The position numbers were made by a program, and so were the translations under genes. From Octopus sinensis (lineage: Eukaryota), in contig NC_042999.1 in NCBI RefSeq assembly GCF_006345805.1, forward strand, positions 33,976,001 to 34,040,000: 64,000 nucleotides of DNA, read 5' to 3'. Position 1 is the first letter of the stretch; each line of letters begins with the position of its first letter. This document shows positions 1 through 12,289 of the stretch, in pieces. A model generated the notes under the pieces. The model had not been told where the DNA came from. It did no database searches and saw nothing but the letters and a program-made list of their open reading frames with translations.

Positions 1-166
1 GCCGGTGAACGAAGGAATTGAAGGAATTAAGTGACGCTACCTGAGGTGGGGCAGGGAGCTCATTTCCATTTATCATTTTCATCTTCATGCATTATATCAC
101 ACGTTTTTTGTTTTTTATGTTACATGAACCCACATGTCTGTGCATGTCCCCCCTTTGTTGGCCCCT

Positions 167-168
167 TT

Positions 169-244
<76 letters not shown>

Positions 245-262
245 CTTATATACATATATACA
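167..262. repeat. (TA)n(TG)n compound microsatellite
   Basis: Directly visible; explains the overlapping IY/CV/HT pseudo-ORFs at 31-517. Confidence 0.97.
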
Positions 263-602
263 TACATACATACAAAAATGCTTTGTTGTTGATGTAGACA
301 TTCCAATGAAGGAGTCTTTTCTGTTTTTCTCTTTTTCTATTGGAAAAAAATCTTGAAATAAAACTGAAAAATGACCTACATAAAAGAAAAATACAATCCA
401 AACAGTATAGATATTTACCATATAAATGTATGGTGGGTTAAGCGAAATACTAATGTGAAAATCACAAAATAACCTGGGCAGATGTACCAAAAAGGGTTCA
501 ACTCCTATTGCTAGCAATATTAGTAGTAGCCAGTACTCTAAGTCGCAATTATCGACGATTTTTTGGTTTTGTATTGCGTATGGCTGCGTACGCGAGTTTA
601 TA

Positions 603-655
<53 letters not shown>

Positions 656-1984
656 TTACAGATAGAGATTTGGTATTTGAATTAAAGTTGTTGATTATCC
701 AGGAACACTTGATAAATTGATGACAAGTCAATAGCTTTGGATGATATAAACACTAAAGCTGAAGGCGAGAAAAAGTTGCTGACATGGAAGGCTCGAAGCT
801 ATCCGAATATTGAAATAGAGTTACATGTATGATGATGATTTGCACTGGATATCAAAAGGCTGGCATCACGACTTCTAATTAATGCTTAGTGCACATTGTA
901 AACACACACAGCAACTATACCCTCAGTCCTTTTGTCCCTGCATTAATAACAATGACAAATCATCCAGCACCACAAAATTACTTGATCCATCTAACTGACA
1001 GATCAGATGAAATTTAAAATCTCTAATCCACTTGGTATCCTGGGTGTAATATACCAACACCTACGTATGCTGCAGATACGTTTCTGTAACACATTCGCAA
1101 ACTGTGGACAACTGTAGAGAGCTTACTAACATTTAATTAAATGAAATACAGAGCATAGAGTTTTCAGCCGTATTCCATTTAAGAGAAATAATGATAAATT
1201 TACAATGCTAAACATCGTGCTACTTGCACACGTAATAGTCGTAGATATAATAGAAGCATGCACCATTAAACTCTTGTGCCCCAACATGCCTAAGGATTAT
1301 GCATGACCTGCATGCTTGGGGATTGAATACGCTTCTCCTGTATAAATATTCTAAGGAAATATGTAATGAGAGACATGTAAGCGGAAAGATGATACTCGTT
1401 GTTCATGTGTGTATGGTTATAACCCATATACACATATAAATACATACATTTTCAGACAGACAGGCAGATAGATATAGACGTGGAAACACTGGAGAAAAGC
1501 TAAAAATACGTTAAATGTTTATATTTATTTAGGCTTTTTCAAAAACGAAGGCACAAATATTTGGTTCGCCAAAAAGGACATTCTATTACTCGGGACACTA
1601 AACTTCTAGCACTCTCATAAGTAACTAAGTACAGTCCGTCTCTTGCGCATGAACACACAAGTTACATACTTAATATTTCGACGTAGTCCCGACGCCATAT
1701 CACGACAGGACAGGTTTTATTTTGTGTGCTTGGAATCACCCTGAAAATTGGGAACCAAAACACGTAATGCTTCTTTTATTATTATTTTAGAAACAGTAAC
1801 GATGAAGTCGTTCTCAAGATTTCGATCGGTAAAACTTTTCGAATCAAGATACACCACGCTCAAATCAACCAACTGAGATAAATTGCGACACCAATCCTCC
1901 TTATACAACCAGGATGGTCGCATATGGTCCTTAAATATTGAAACTGAGTGTTGAAATCCACCTGAATCAACAGATGAGCGGCGT

Positions 1985-2132
1985 ACTGCCACAAAGTAAG
2001 ATATCAACTGAAGATGCATATGCTTTTATTTTGGTAGATTAGAAGTGTGTTGTCTTTTGCAAGCTACTGTCCCTGGGCAAGGCCTTCAGTTCGATGACGT
2101 ACTGTGACAATTTGGATAACTTAAACACAGTC
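1985..2132 (+). mobile_element. mariner-type transposase relic
   Basis: Translates with stops/frameshifts to ..D*KCVVFCKLLSLGKAFSSMTYCDNLDNLN, resembling the mariner segment WDWKGVVHYELLPPGQTINSERYCQQLDRL. No TIRs seen. Confidence 0.55.
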
Positions 2133-2371
2133 GGCTATAATAATGTAGACTTCCAGTCTTATTGCTTTGAAGGTATGGCGTTGTAGAGAAAACAAATGGA
2201 TGAAAATATTACAGATGCTTAAAAATCGGAGAAAAACTGGTTATTTTTGGCCAATAGCGAGAGAGAAATTTTCTACGCTTAGCGGAACGGTGTCAACTTT
2301 AAGTATGTAGCCTGTTAAATTTACAGTTTAGCGTCTAATCTGTTTATTGTAGGTTTCTAAATAAACAGAAA

Positions 2372-2768
2372 TCTTTATATATAAAAGTCAAGTTGTGTGT
2401 CTGTCTCCTACGATTTAGATTCCTAACTACTCCCACATTTTGCGGTGCAGTGTAACCAAAAGCGGGTATCTTATAGTCGTGATTCATATCGAGCCCTTCT
2501 GGGTATTAGCGCGCGTCTACGATGAGTCTACGGTTTTTAAAATAATTTACCATAATTTTTTTTCATTTTAATGCATTTCTTCGCTATTATATAAGGGAAG
2601 TAACTCTCTAAAAATGTCTACGATGAGTCATTGATTTAAAAAAAAATTACCATCATATTTTTTCCATTTTTAATGCATTTCTTTCCTATTTTTTGGCTAT
2701 AACTCTCTAAAAATGCTTATATAGTTATTTCCCTTACAAACCCGAGCAACGCCAGGCGATACTGCTAG
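2372..2768 (+). mobile_element. non-autonomous Helitron, copy 1 (397 bp)
   Basis: Starts TC (A|TCTTTATATATAAAAG). Ends with GC-rich hairpin CCCGAGCAACGCCAGGCG then CTAG|T. Inserted between A and T with no TSD. Homologous to 6187-6583. Confidence 0.9.
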
Positions 2769-2970
2769 TATCTAATAAAATCAACATGTATCATCTTTTT
2801 GCTTCTTTTGTCACTTCATTGATTGTATGATTTTTATAATTTTTTTAAAAATTTGATATATCAATATATTTGTCTGCATGTATTTACTTTATGCTTACTT
2901 CAGTATTATGTATACCTCCCATGTATTAATGTACATCATTATTATATAAATACGTGCATGCTTGTTTGTT

Positions 2971-3005
<35 letters not shown>

Positions 3006-3748
3006 AGGAGGCGTCTGTCTCTAAAGCTCCAAATTGAAGTAACCTTTTCATGCTTAATTGTAAACTACAATAAGATTAACACTGGTCAACATAGAGGTTG
3101 TCCTAAGGAAAATAATACCTGTATCTTATATGTCTTTGCATTTAGAATTGAACAATGTCAGTTTATCTGTATCACACGCAGTTTCTCTGTTCCACGATGT
3201 CCCTCTCAGTTCCTGTTATGTGGGATGAATTTAATTTAAACCGTTGAAATACTCCTAATTTATTATTTTTTTAATGAATAGAATTAACCTAGTGAAATCA
3301 TAAATACAGCTGAGTAACTGAGTTCCAAAAATATATGAAAGGAAAAATATGTAAAAATACTAACACACAGAAAAAGCACAGAAAAATACTAACACACAGA
3401 AGCACAGAAAAATATGTAATATACTAACACAGAAAAATTAAAACAAAACACGCTAGTGAAATCAACATAGACAACCGTGAAACGAAAACAGTGTACCGCA
3501 TGCGGTCGTCATGGTAACAAGCTGCTGATGCCACGCTATCGGTTGCTTGGCTAAAATTACCTACATTTTCCCAACTTTAATGCCAAATAGCATCAGTTTT
3601 GTTTTTTTTTAATTTATGAGATACAGTAATTGGTTGATCGTAATAAAAATTCAGAGTTGCATCGAGACAGCAAAATTGAAAGCAATCTGAGCAAAATTAA
3701 GTGGGGCGCCATTTTGAGAATGAGAAAGATTAGATCCAACTAATGCAG

Positions 3749-3797
<49 letters not shown>

Positions 3798-3936
3798 TGT
3801 GTGTGTGTGTATCTACATCTATGGTAGTGATCGTGTAAGACACAGCACGTAAGGTTGTAGTGTGTGTATATACATATATATATATATTGTTGTTGTGTGT
3901 GTGTGAGTAAGAGTGTGTATATACAAGCGCTTTACC

Positions 3937-3985
<49 letters not shown>

Positions 3986-4766
3986 CTAAATACACGAAAC
4001 GGGTTATGCTTTTGAATCTCTTTAACAATTCACAATAATGACTTTTATTACTTTTATTCCTACCCCAGTTCATCTAATTGTATATATCTATATCTATCGC
4101 TACTTTTCATAAAAAGCCTTTACTTTTTTTATTTCTAATGTGCATTTTCGCTTATTTTACTTCTTGCTTTCCTCTTACATTTACAACGTGTAGTTCTATG
4201 TTCATTTTGTAATATATATATATATATATCTGCAAGGCAAAGTGCAGCATTCACTTACATCTGTGTGTATATATAGGTAGATGGGTATATATGTTGATTG
4301 GTATACGTACATATGTGCGTACATGTATGTGTATGTATTTATGTGTGTGTATATATATATAGTTGCCTAAATATGGATATTTATATACGCGTATGTACAG
4401 GAATGTATGTGTATGCATATATATGTGAATACATGTGTGTGAGTATCTGTGTGGTTATGTGTGTATGTATCAGGCAGCTGAATACTAACGGTCAGCTTTT
4501 GAAATTAATATGTGCAGCCAACCATATAGAGCAGATCAGAGATAGAGCCAAATTGAGCATTTAAATGCCAGCCAGTATCTTCTATTACCTATACATAGCA
4601 GCCAGTACCATCCACTACATACACATAGCAGCGCCACAAACGCACCCTCACAACACGCAGCATGTGTATGTAAGCCGCTAATAAGCTCAAACCACAACAA
4701 AGAGAGAAGATGACCTTGAAGTAGAAGATTTTAAGCTAACGGTGACAACACCCGTATATCGCCTAA

Positions 4767-5148
4767 CGCAATGGCCCAGTGGTTAGGGCAGCGGACTCGC
4801 GGTCATAGGATCGCGGTTTCGATTCCCAGACCGGGCGTTGTGAGTGTTTATTGAGCGAAAACACCTAAAGCACCACGAGGCTCCGGCAGGGGATGGTGGT
4901 GATCCCTGCTGTACTCTTTCACCACAGCTTTCTCTCACTCTTACTTCCGGTTTCTATTGTACCTGTATTTCAAAGGGCCGGCCTTGTCACTCTCTGTGTC
5001 ACGCTGAATATCCCCGAGAACTACGTTAAGGGTACACGTGTCTGTGGAGTGCTCAGTCACTTACACGTTAATTTCACGAGCAGGCTGTTCCGTTGATTCG
5101 GATCAACCGGAACTCTCATCGTCGTAACCGACGGAGTGCTTCCCAAAG
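4767..5148 (+). mobile_element. tRNA-derived SINE (family D), full length with TSD
   Basis: A box TGGCCCAGTGG and B box GGTTTCGATTCCC. 11-bp target-site duplication ATATCGCCTAA at 4756-4766 and 5149-5159. Confidence 0.92.
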
Positions 5149-5240
5149 ATATCGCCTAAATTGATCTCATTACGCAAACAAAAAGTTGCATAATCAAGTA
5201 CCTGGATTATTTTAGAACTACTTTGCCTGAAAACGATTTT

Positions 5241-5497
5241 AAATAAAATAAAAAAAATGTGCCCTCTTAAAGCCTAGTGAGGCTCATGAGCCTGGTTTCC
5301 CGGTTTCAATGGCGCATGTGTTCCCCAGCTCGACGAGACTCCAGTCCATCGCAGCGTTATTCATTTTCGCCAGCTGAGTGGACTGGAGCAACGTGAAATG
5401 AAGTGTTTTGCTCAAGAACACAACGCTTCGCCCGGTCCAGAAATTGAAACCACAATCTTACGATCATAATGCTAACCACTAAGCCACGCATCTCCAC
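5241..5497 (-). mobile_element. tRNA-derived SINE (family C)
   Basis: Minus strand reads GGAGATGCGTGGCTTAGTGGTTAGC (A box) ... GGTTTCAATTTC (B-box-like) ... CTTGAGCAAAACACTTCATTTCACGTTGCTCCAGTCCACTCAGCTG ... CTGCGATGGACTGG, a central motif recalled from V/Meta-type SINE domains. T-rich tail. Confidence 0.8.
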
Positions 5498-6186
5498 CGA
5501 CACAATTTTAGTGAATAGTAAATAAATGTCTAGATGTACTCCTTCTTCATAATGGCAACTTCTCAAATTTTATACTAGTACACGACGAATGCTCAAATTT
5601 AAATTTGGGAATATATAATAATACTACCGACAGATTTGAGTAATTTTGAACGTAAACGAGCTTGACACTGTACTCTACCACCTTTCTAACGAAATAAAAC
5701 ATAACGTATGTGTGTGTGTGTGCGTATGTGCATGCGTGCGTATGTGCATGCGTGCGTGTGTGTACACAAACATATACATATATAAATTGCCGTATCAAAG
5801 ATTTCGAGGGTTGTTCGTTAACAAGACTGACTGAAATCTTAGCTTGAATATTACGTAACTCGTGAGAATGGACGATATAATGACTCGTGTTAATCTAAGG
5901 ACTGATAAAAGTAAATAGCTATTGAGGTATGTAAATGATAACTTATGTAACCTTAAGCAAGTATCAGATGATGTTAAAGCATAGCTTTAAATAAAATTCA
6001 GATGCAACAGAAACAAGACGGGGACTCAAGACATTGGTTTCAATAGTATAATATTCAAAGCATTATAGCTAACTGGTTTAGAGTATAAAAATAGTGTTCT
6101 AAAATAGTGCGAGCGTTTTCACCTAAAATTAACTAGAACATTTTCGGAATTGCAATTATTCAGTCAACACCCATATTTATCATTAA

Positions 6187-6583
6187 CTAGCAGTATCGCC
6201 CGGCTTTGCTCGGATATGTAAGGGAAATAACTATACAAGCATTTTTAGAGATGTAAAGTATAATAGCCATCTCAATATGGCTAACCACAAAGGGGGGGGG
6301 GGCTACGGTAGCTTTTTACGTTCTGAGATTTAATAATAAATTTTTAGAGAGTTACTTCCCTTATATATGACAAAAATGCATTAAAAATGGGAAAAATTGA
6401 TGGTAAATTCTTTTTAAAATCGTAGACTCATCGTAGACGCGCGCTAATACCAAGAAGGGCTCGATATGAATCACGACTATAAGATACCCGGTTTAGGTTA
6501 AACTGCACCGCAAAATGTGGAGTAGTTAGGAATCTAAATCGTAGGAGACAGACAGCACACAAACTTTCTTTTATATATAAAGA
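6187..6583 (-). mobile_element. non-autonomous Helitron, copy 2 (397 bp)
   Basis: Reverse complement starts A|TCTTTATATATAAAAG and ends CCGAGCAAAGCCGGGCGATACTGCTAG|T. Shares its 5' ~240 bp and its 3' end with copy 1. Confidence 0.9.
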
Positions 6584-7074
6584 TATAGGGTAAAGTGTAC
6601 TTGATTGTATTCAAAGTAATATAAAACTCAATAATTTTATCTTTCATTTCCCATATTTTTTTCAACGAGTGACGTTTCAACTTTACCTGTATCACAACTC
6701 TAAATCTTATGAAATTGATTATATAATATACGCTAAGTTGCATTTCCGGTTTACCAATATAGGTATATGAAATCAGATTTGTCCAAACAAAATAGTGTCT
6801 ATAGATATTTTGTCTAAGGCAAAGTTTAAGAGGACATCGACGTTTATTTCTAAAATAACTCTACATTAATTTAATTTAAAGTTAATCATTACTGTCCTGA
6901 TGTTGCAGACGAGTAATGATTAGCATTAATCCTGTTTAATCTATTCCCATTATCCAGGATTAAACAATGTCAACGGTGTTGTTGCTATTTTGGATAATTC
7001 TTAAAATTACGTTTCTTTTTATAACTCACCGCATTTTCTGCGAAATTAGGGAAATTTCCGGATGAAATTCCCCT

Positions 7075-7608
7075 GTTGTTAGTCCAACATTGTCATCTGC
7101 GCCCCCATCTTGCATATCACTTAGCAGAATTGCATTCCTGATGTAGTGATCCAGCGCCGCGCTGGCGCAGATATGGTCGACGCCCTCATTGGCTCATCGT
7201 AGTTGCGCTAGGTGAGAAATGTTTGCCGGAAGGAGGGCTGCATGTTCCCGGAAGCAGCTTTTATCGGGTGAACTGCGTCCGCGCAGGTCGAGATTTGGTG
7301 GCCAGACGTTCTGATACATGGATATGTTGAAGAGATATATGAAGAACTCCGTCATCTCTCAAGAAAGAAGGAAGGAGAAGGCCCTGCGGCGCAATGAATG
7401 GCTCCGATTGCTGAAGCTCATAATTCCAGGCATTCGGGAAGACTAGGAGCGAACACATAAGAGGCATAATTTCTCCGTTCCGTCGACTCGCTTCATCTGC
7501 AGCAGATTCCATCGCTGCAGCAGATCAAAAGCAGGCCTCGTGGCCTACATGCCAGACATGATTACAAAACTAGAACAGTCAACATCCTCCTACGATGGGC
7601 AGCTGTAT
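7075..7608 (+). mobile_element. RTE-clade LINE, decayed 3' fragment
   Basis: Translation with stops/frameshift: QHCHLRPILHIT*QNCIPDVVIQRRAGADMVDALIGSS*LR*VRNVCRK..RKQLLSGELRPRRSRFGGQTF*YMDMLKRYMKN..FICSRFHRCSRSKAGLVAYM. Matches the RTE post-RT pattern (RILNIKWQDR / QLRWVGHV / PKQLLYGEL / GGQRKRYKD / terminal C2H2-like finger). Confidence 0.85.
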
Positions 7609-7637
7609 ATAGCTAGCTAGCTAGCTAGATAGATAGG

Positions 7638-7722
<85 letters not shown>
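7609..7722. repeat. (TAGC)n(TAGA)n tetranucleotide array
   Basis: Directly visible; lies between the 3' ends of two oppositely oriented LINE fragments. Confidence 0.97.
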
Positions 7723-7723
<1 letters not shown>

Positions 7724-8194
7724 TGTTCTTTATTAGCCACACAGGGCTGCACACAGATAGAACAAATTACAAGGTAGACCTTTTCTTTTGGAGGTATTAA
7801 AAAAAAAAAAAAAAAGGAAGGGGGAGGTTCGATCAAAAGGGATCGTTAAAAGGAGAGAAAGAGGACCAAATAAAGGGGGGTTAAAAAAAAAAAAAAAAGG
7901 GGGGGGGGGGAGGAAAAAAAAGATCAATAGGGATCGTTATCACAGAAATGTCATATGAAGTGTAAGGGGGAGGACAGGTGAGGTTTACCCTGGAAAGAAA
8001 AGCTGCGGAAAAGACCACGGTAACCTCGGTCAATGAAGTCACATTTTATATCTTTTTTTTTTTTTTTTTTTTTGCAAATAAGCAACTCTCTTTTCGATTT
8101 CTGGGTTCATAGGACTATGCTCAGGTGGCTCGTCATTCATACGTGCCATTCTTGCTACATTCACCCATTTTTTTAAAACATTCGCTAGACAAAA
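7723..8194 (-). mobile_element. 5'-truncated LINE 3' end, probably L1/Tx1-like
   Basis: Minus strand: last codons LSSECFKKWVNVARMARMND, a pyrimidine-rich UTR, AATAAA at 7729-7734, then a (TATC)n tail. Clade assignment is from recollection of Tx1-like C-termini. Confidence 0.6.
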
Positions 8195-8270
8195 GATAGT
8201 TAGATAGATAGATAGTTAGATAAATGTATAGATGAATGGATTGATGGGTAACAATATATATATTGATATA

Positions 8271-8679
8271 CTCTCTCTTTCTCTTTTACTCTTTTACTTG
8301 TTTCAGTCATTTGACTGCGGCCATGCTGGAGTACCGCCTTTAATCGAGCAAATCGACGATGGGACTTATTCTTTGTAAGCCCACTACTTATTCTATCGGT
8401 CTCTTTTTGCCGAACCGCTAACTGACGGGGACGTAAACCCACCAGCATCGGTTGTCAAGCGATGGTGGGGTGACAAACACAGACACACACCTACACATAT
8501 ATATACACATATATACGACAGGCTTCTTTCAGTTTCCGTCTACCAAATCCACCCACAATGCATTGGTCGGCCCGAGGCTATAGCAGAAGACACTTGCCCA
8601 AAATGCCACGCAGTGGGACTGAACCCGGAACCATGTGGTTGGTAAGCAAGCTACTTTCCACACAGCCACTCCTGCGCCT
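8271..8679 (-). mobile_element. tRNA-derived SINE (family A), full length
   Basis: Minus strand GGCGCAGGAGTGGCTGTGTGG..GGTTCAGTCCC head, internal (TA)/(TG) tract, (GTAAAAGA)n tail. Homologous to the copies at 35577, 46108 and 57523. Confidence 0.93.
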
Positions 8680-8695
8680 ATATATATATATATAT

Positions 8696-8733
<38 letters not shown>

Positions 8734-8891
8734 TATATATAATATTATACTATATATATATATATACATATATAAATACATATATATAATATATATATAT
8801 ATTATATATATATATATATATATTATATACATATATATATTATCTATCTCTTCCTTTCTCTCTATATGTATATATATATATTATATATATT

Positions 8892-8936
<45 letters not shown>

Positions 8937-8957
8937 TACAGAGAGAGAGAGAGAGAG
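8680..8957. repeat. imperfect (TA)n plus (GA)n tract
   Basis: Directly visible. Confidence 0.95.
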
Positions 8958-9786
8958 AACTATTGTTCTGTTACAGAAAAGAAACAACAAAATTAAAAAG
9001 AAACTATTAGCAACCTGGTTCTCAAATAGAACTGACCTTATGCACTAATTTCAAATTGATACAGACTTTTACCTTCGTTACAAACATTCTCGTAACTGAC
9101 AGGAAGAATTTAGATCATTAAAATTATAGATCAATCATGCATACACGCAGACATACAAACATATGTATACATTCATATATATATATATATGTGTGTGGGT
9201 GCGTCGGTGTGCGCGTGTGAGTATGACAGTATTTGTGTGCATGATTAGGACATTATAAATACTGCTTCTGCGCAGTAAGGAGAAATGGCTGAACATGGTA
9301 ACCTTAGTAATTGTTACAGAAGAATTTATTCACATAACATTCAAATCTCGGGAAAACATGCTTTGACAGCTGGAAAACAAAATGCTTGACATAACATGAA
9401 TTTAAAGTTTCTAATTCGGATGTTCTGAACGTCAAGCTATGTACACTGAAATTCTGCTGATTTTGCGAAATATAGACAGTAAAGTACGTAATTGGTATAA
9501 TAGAACATAATCTCTCTTAACATACCGGGAAAAAAATTGTTTTATATACGTGCCTGTCAATAACTGTATATAGAACTTCGTGCTGTGAGATATAGGAACT
9601 TCTCATTGTAAAATCTGGAATAAGAAAATAGAAGTGAATCTTTAACCCGTGGAACATGACTAGGTGAAATCATTTTTTTTTGCTTTTATTCCAATTAATC
9701 GGGAAGAATTACATTCAGTCTCAGACATATGCATAACTTAATCCACAGAAACACAAATACATTTCTCTCTCAGTTACCATCTTCAC

Positions 9787-9843
9787 CTCTCTCTCTCTCT
9801 CTTTCTCTATCTCTTTCTCTCTCTCTCTCTTTCTCTCTTTCTT

Positions 9844-9878
<35 letters not shown>
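9787..9878. repeat. (CT)n microsatellite
   Basis: Directly visible; source of the SL/ER pseudo-ORFs. Confidence 0.95.
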
Positions 9879-9881
<3 letters not shown>

Positions 9882-9969
9882 CTCGATCTCCCTCTGTACA
9901 TATACATACATACTCGCGCCACGCGCGCATACACGTACACAGATATATGTATGCATATACATATCAAAA

Positions 9970-10176
9970 TGCCACTACAAGTGGATCGTTGGCGATTGTT
10001 TTCCTCCGTCTTCCTTTTCTCATGGACTTTCCTCTGTCTACAGGTGTTGAAGAAGAGCTTTGCTCGAATCGTGAAACTACTTTTCTTTCCCTCCCTGACC
10101 GTCTGTTAATACTTTGCATGTACCGCGTCCTTGATTTTTTCCTTGTGTTTTTCTCTCTTCGTTTTCCTAGATTAAC

Positions 10177-10178
<2 letters not shown>
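9970..10178 (+). mobile_element. Penelope-type terminal repeat relic with degenerate hammerhead core
   Basis: TTGAAGAAGAGCTTTGCTCGAATCGTGAAAC at 10047-10077 aligns with CTGAAGAGGAGCTATGCTCGAAACGTAAAAC at 33991. The downstream T-rich segment ends in AACTATATA, as at ~34105-34118. Confidence 0.5.
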
Positions 10179-10440
<262 letters not shown>

Positions 10441-10448
10441 AACAGATA

Positions 10449-11705
10449 TGCAGGAAGTAAATAGACACCTTTCATTTACAAATTTCTCATCTAAGCGTCT
10501 TAATATGTTTTCAACGCTGTAGAATTTATAATCTAATTATTCTTTTTCATTCCAGGCACCATTATATTAAACATTTGCGAAGAGAAACGATGCCACGCAC
10601 AAAAAATTCAGCAGAACCGTCAGATTTTCCAAGACGTCGTATTGTAGAGTAATCTAAGTCTGGTCTTAGTCAGCAAAAACTTGCCAGATATCTTCAAATT
10701 CCTATTACTACTGTTAATAGAATTCTAGTGCAATGCAAAAGCCGAGGAAAATACTCAAGATTCTCGTCCCAGTTGACCTGGGCCCTCGGAAAGGAAGCTT
10801 CCCTGTTTGAAGGGATTTGTGGAAAAAGAACCCCGTCCGAAGGCTTTTGACATTGCAAAACAGCTGGAAGTTACTCCAAGAACGTGTGTTACATATCTGC
10901 ATAAGATAGGGTATTATGGACGAACAACTAGAAGAAAACCTCTCCTTCAACCAATTAATATCACGAAAAGAAAGAAATGAGCGAAGATGTCAGAAAAATC
11001 CAGTTCATTTGAGATAGAGTGATTTTCTCAGATGAATCCAGATTTGCATTATTTTCAGACAGTGGACATGTTTGGGTCGGGAGGCTTCCCAATCAAGAAT
11101 TTGATTTGAAAAGACTCCAACCGATTGTGAAACATGGCGGTATATCTGAAATGGTATGGGATGCTGTCACCAGCAATGGTCGTTCTTAGCTGATCGAATG
11201 TGTTGGAACCATAAACTCTGAAAAATATATCGAAAGACTTAAGCGAGGACTACTTCCGATGTATTAACACGATAACATGACGAAAAATGAGGTTTTATTC
11301 ATGGAAGATGGGGCTCCATTCCACACAACGAAAAGGAATCAACAATGGCCGACTAAAAATGAAATCAAAAAGCTTCCTAGGCCGAACCAATCTCCTGACA
11401 TGAACCTAATTGAACATCTTTGGAGCATACTAGATAGAGCTATACGAAAAACTCGACGGAAACGTAAGTCTAAAGACAAATTGTTTCAATAGTTGCGTGA
11501 AAAGTGGGCAGAAATTCCAGAAGAGACAATCACAAAGCTCATCAGTTCAATGCCAAAAAGAGTTTCTGAATTAAAAACTACAAAGGGGATGTCAACTAAA
11601 CACTAAAGCATGTTATCCTACCTATCGATTCCATTTCGATTGTTCGCTGCTTTGCGTAGTAAATAAATGATTTTGAAAATTAAAGGTCGCTATTTACTTC
11701 CTGCA
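10449..11705 (+). mobile_element. Tc1-family DNA transposon, full length, inactive
   Basis: Imperfect ~30-bp TIRs TGCAGGAAGTAAATAG(AC/CG)ACCTTT(C/A)ATTT. Flanked by TA on the left and TG (presumed mutated TA) on the right. Encloses a transposase pseudogene. Confidence 0.93.
10590..11606 (+). pseudogene. Tc1 DD34E transposase pseudogene
   Basis: MPRTKNSAE..RRRIVE*..; VIFSDESRF; KHGG..MVW; FMEDGAPFH; QSPDMNLIEHLW, with 34 residues between the second D and E; ends SMPKRV..KGMSTKH*. Several stops and frameshifts. Confidence 0.92.
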
Positions 11706-11708
11706 TGC

Positions 11709-11749
<41 letters not shown>

Positions 11750-11806
11750 CATGTGAAATAGATATGTGTGTATGTGTGTGACTTTGTGTGTGTGTGTAAG
11801 GAGTTA

Positions 11807-12089
11807 GAGCGCATACCTTAGTGGTTAATGTGAGCACGCACGATTGCTAGATAGTGACTTCAATACCAAGATGGTGCGTTGCGAAACACTTCATCTTACT
11901 TTGCTGTGTGATCACTTCGACACCTGGTGTGTAATACACCGTGCACCTGTTCAGAGAACGTCGATTTGATGGAGAGAGTGAGCTAATGAGAGGCACGAAC
12001 ATTCGATCAATTTAAACAAATAATTTGTGCTGGCCGTTTGGTAAAGATAAACGCTCACACATCCACTTAGACGGGAGAGAGTCCATCAT
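11807..12089 (+). mobile_element. diverged tRNA-derived SINE (family E)
   Basis: Degenerate A box (CCTTAGTGGTTA) and B box (GACTTCAATACC), followed by a GCGAAACACTTCATCTTACTTTGCT block similar to family C. Confidence 0.55.
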
Positions 12090-12224
12090 ATATACGTTTC
12101 AAATATTTAATACATACACACACTCGCAAATACAAATTTACTTGGAAATGTATGCGTGGCGTTATACATATATATATATATCTATATCTAGCTATATATA
12201 TAAGCACATTCTATGAACATCTAT

Positions 12225-12289
<65 letters not shown>

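Noticed and set aside
760-1100. MYDDDL string resembling an RT YADD motif
   Set aside because: No collinear RT motifs could be read convincingly around it.
4844-5096. ORFs of 61-67 aa
   Set aside because: They lie inside a TSD-bounded SINE.
7800-7920. G-runs suggesting a G-quadruplex
   Set aside because: They are homopolymer tracts in a LINE 3'UTR with long, irregular loops; homopolymer length is also error-prone.
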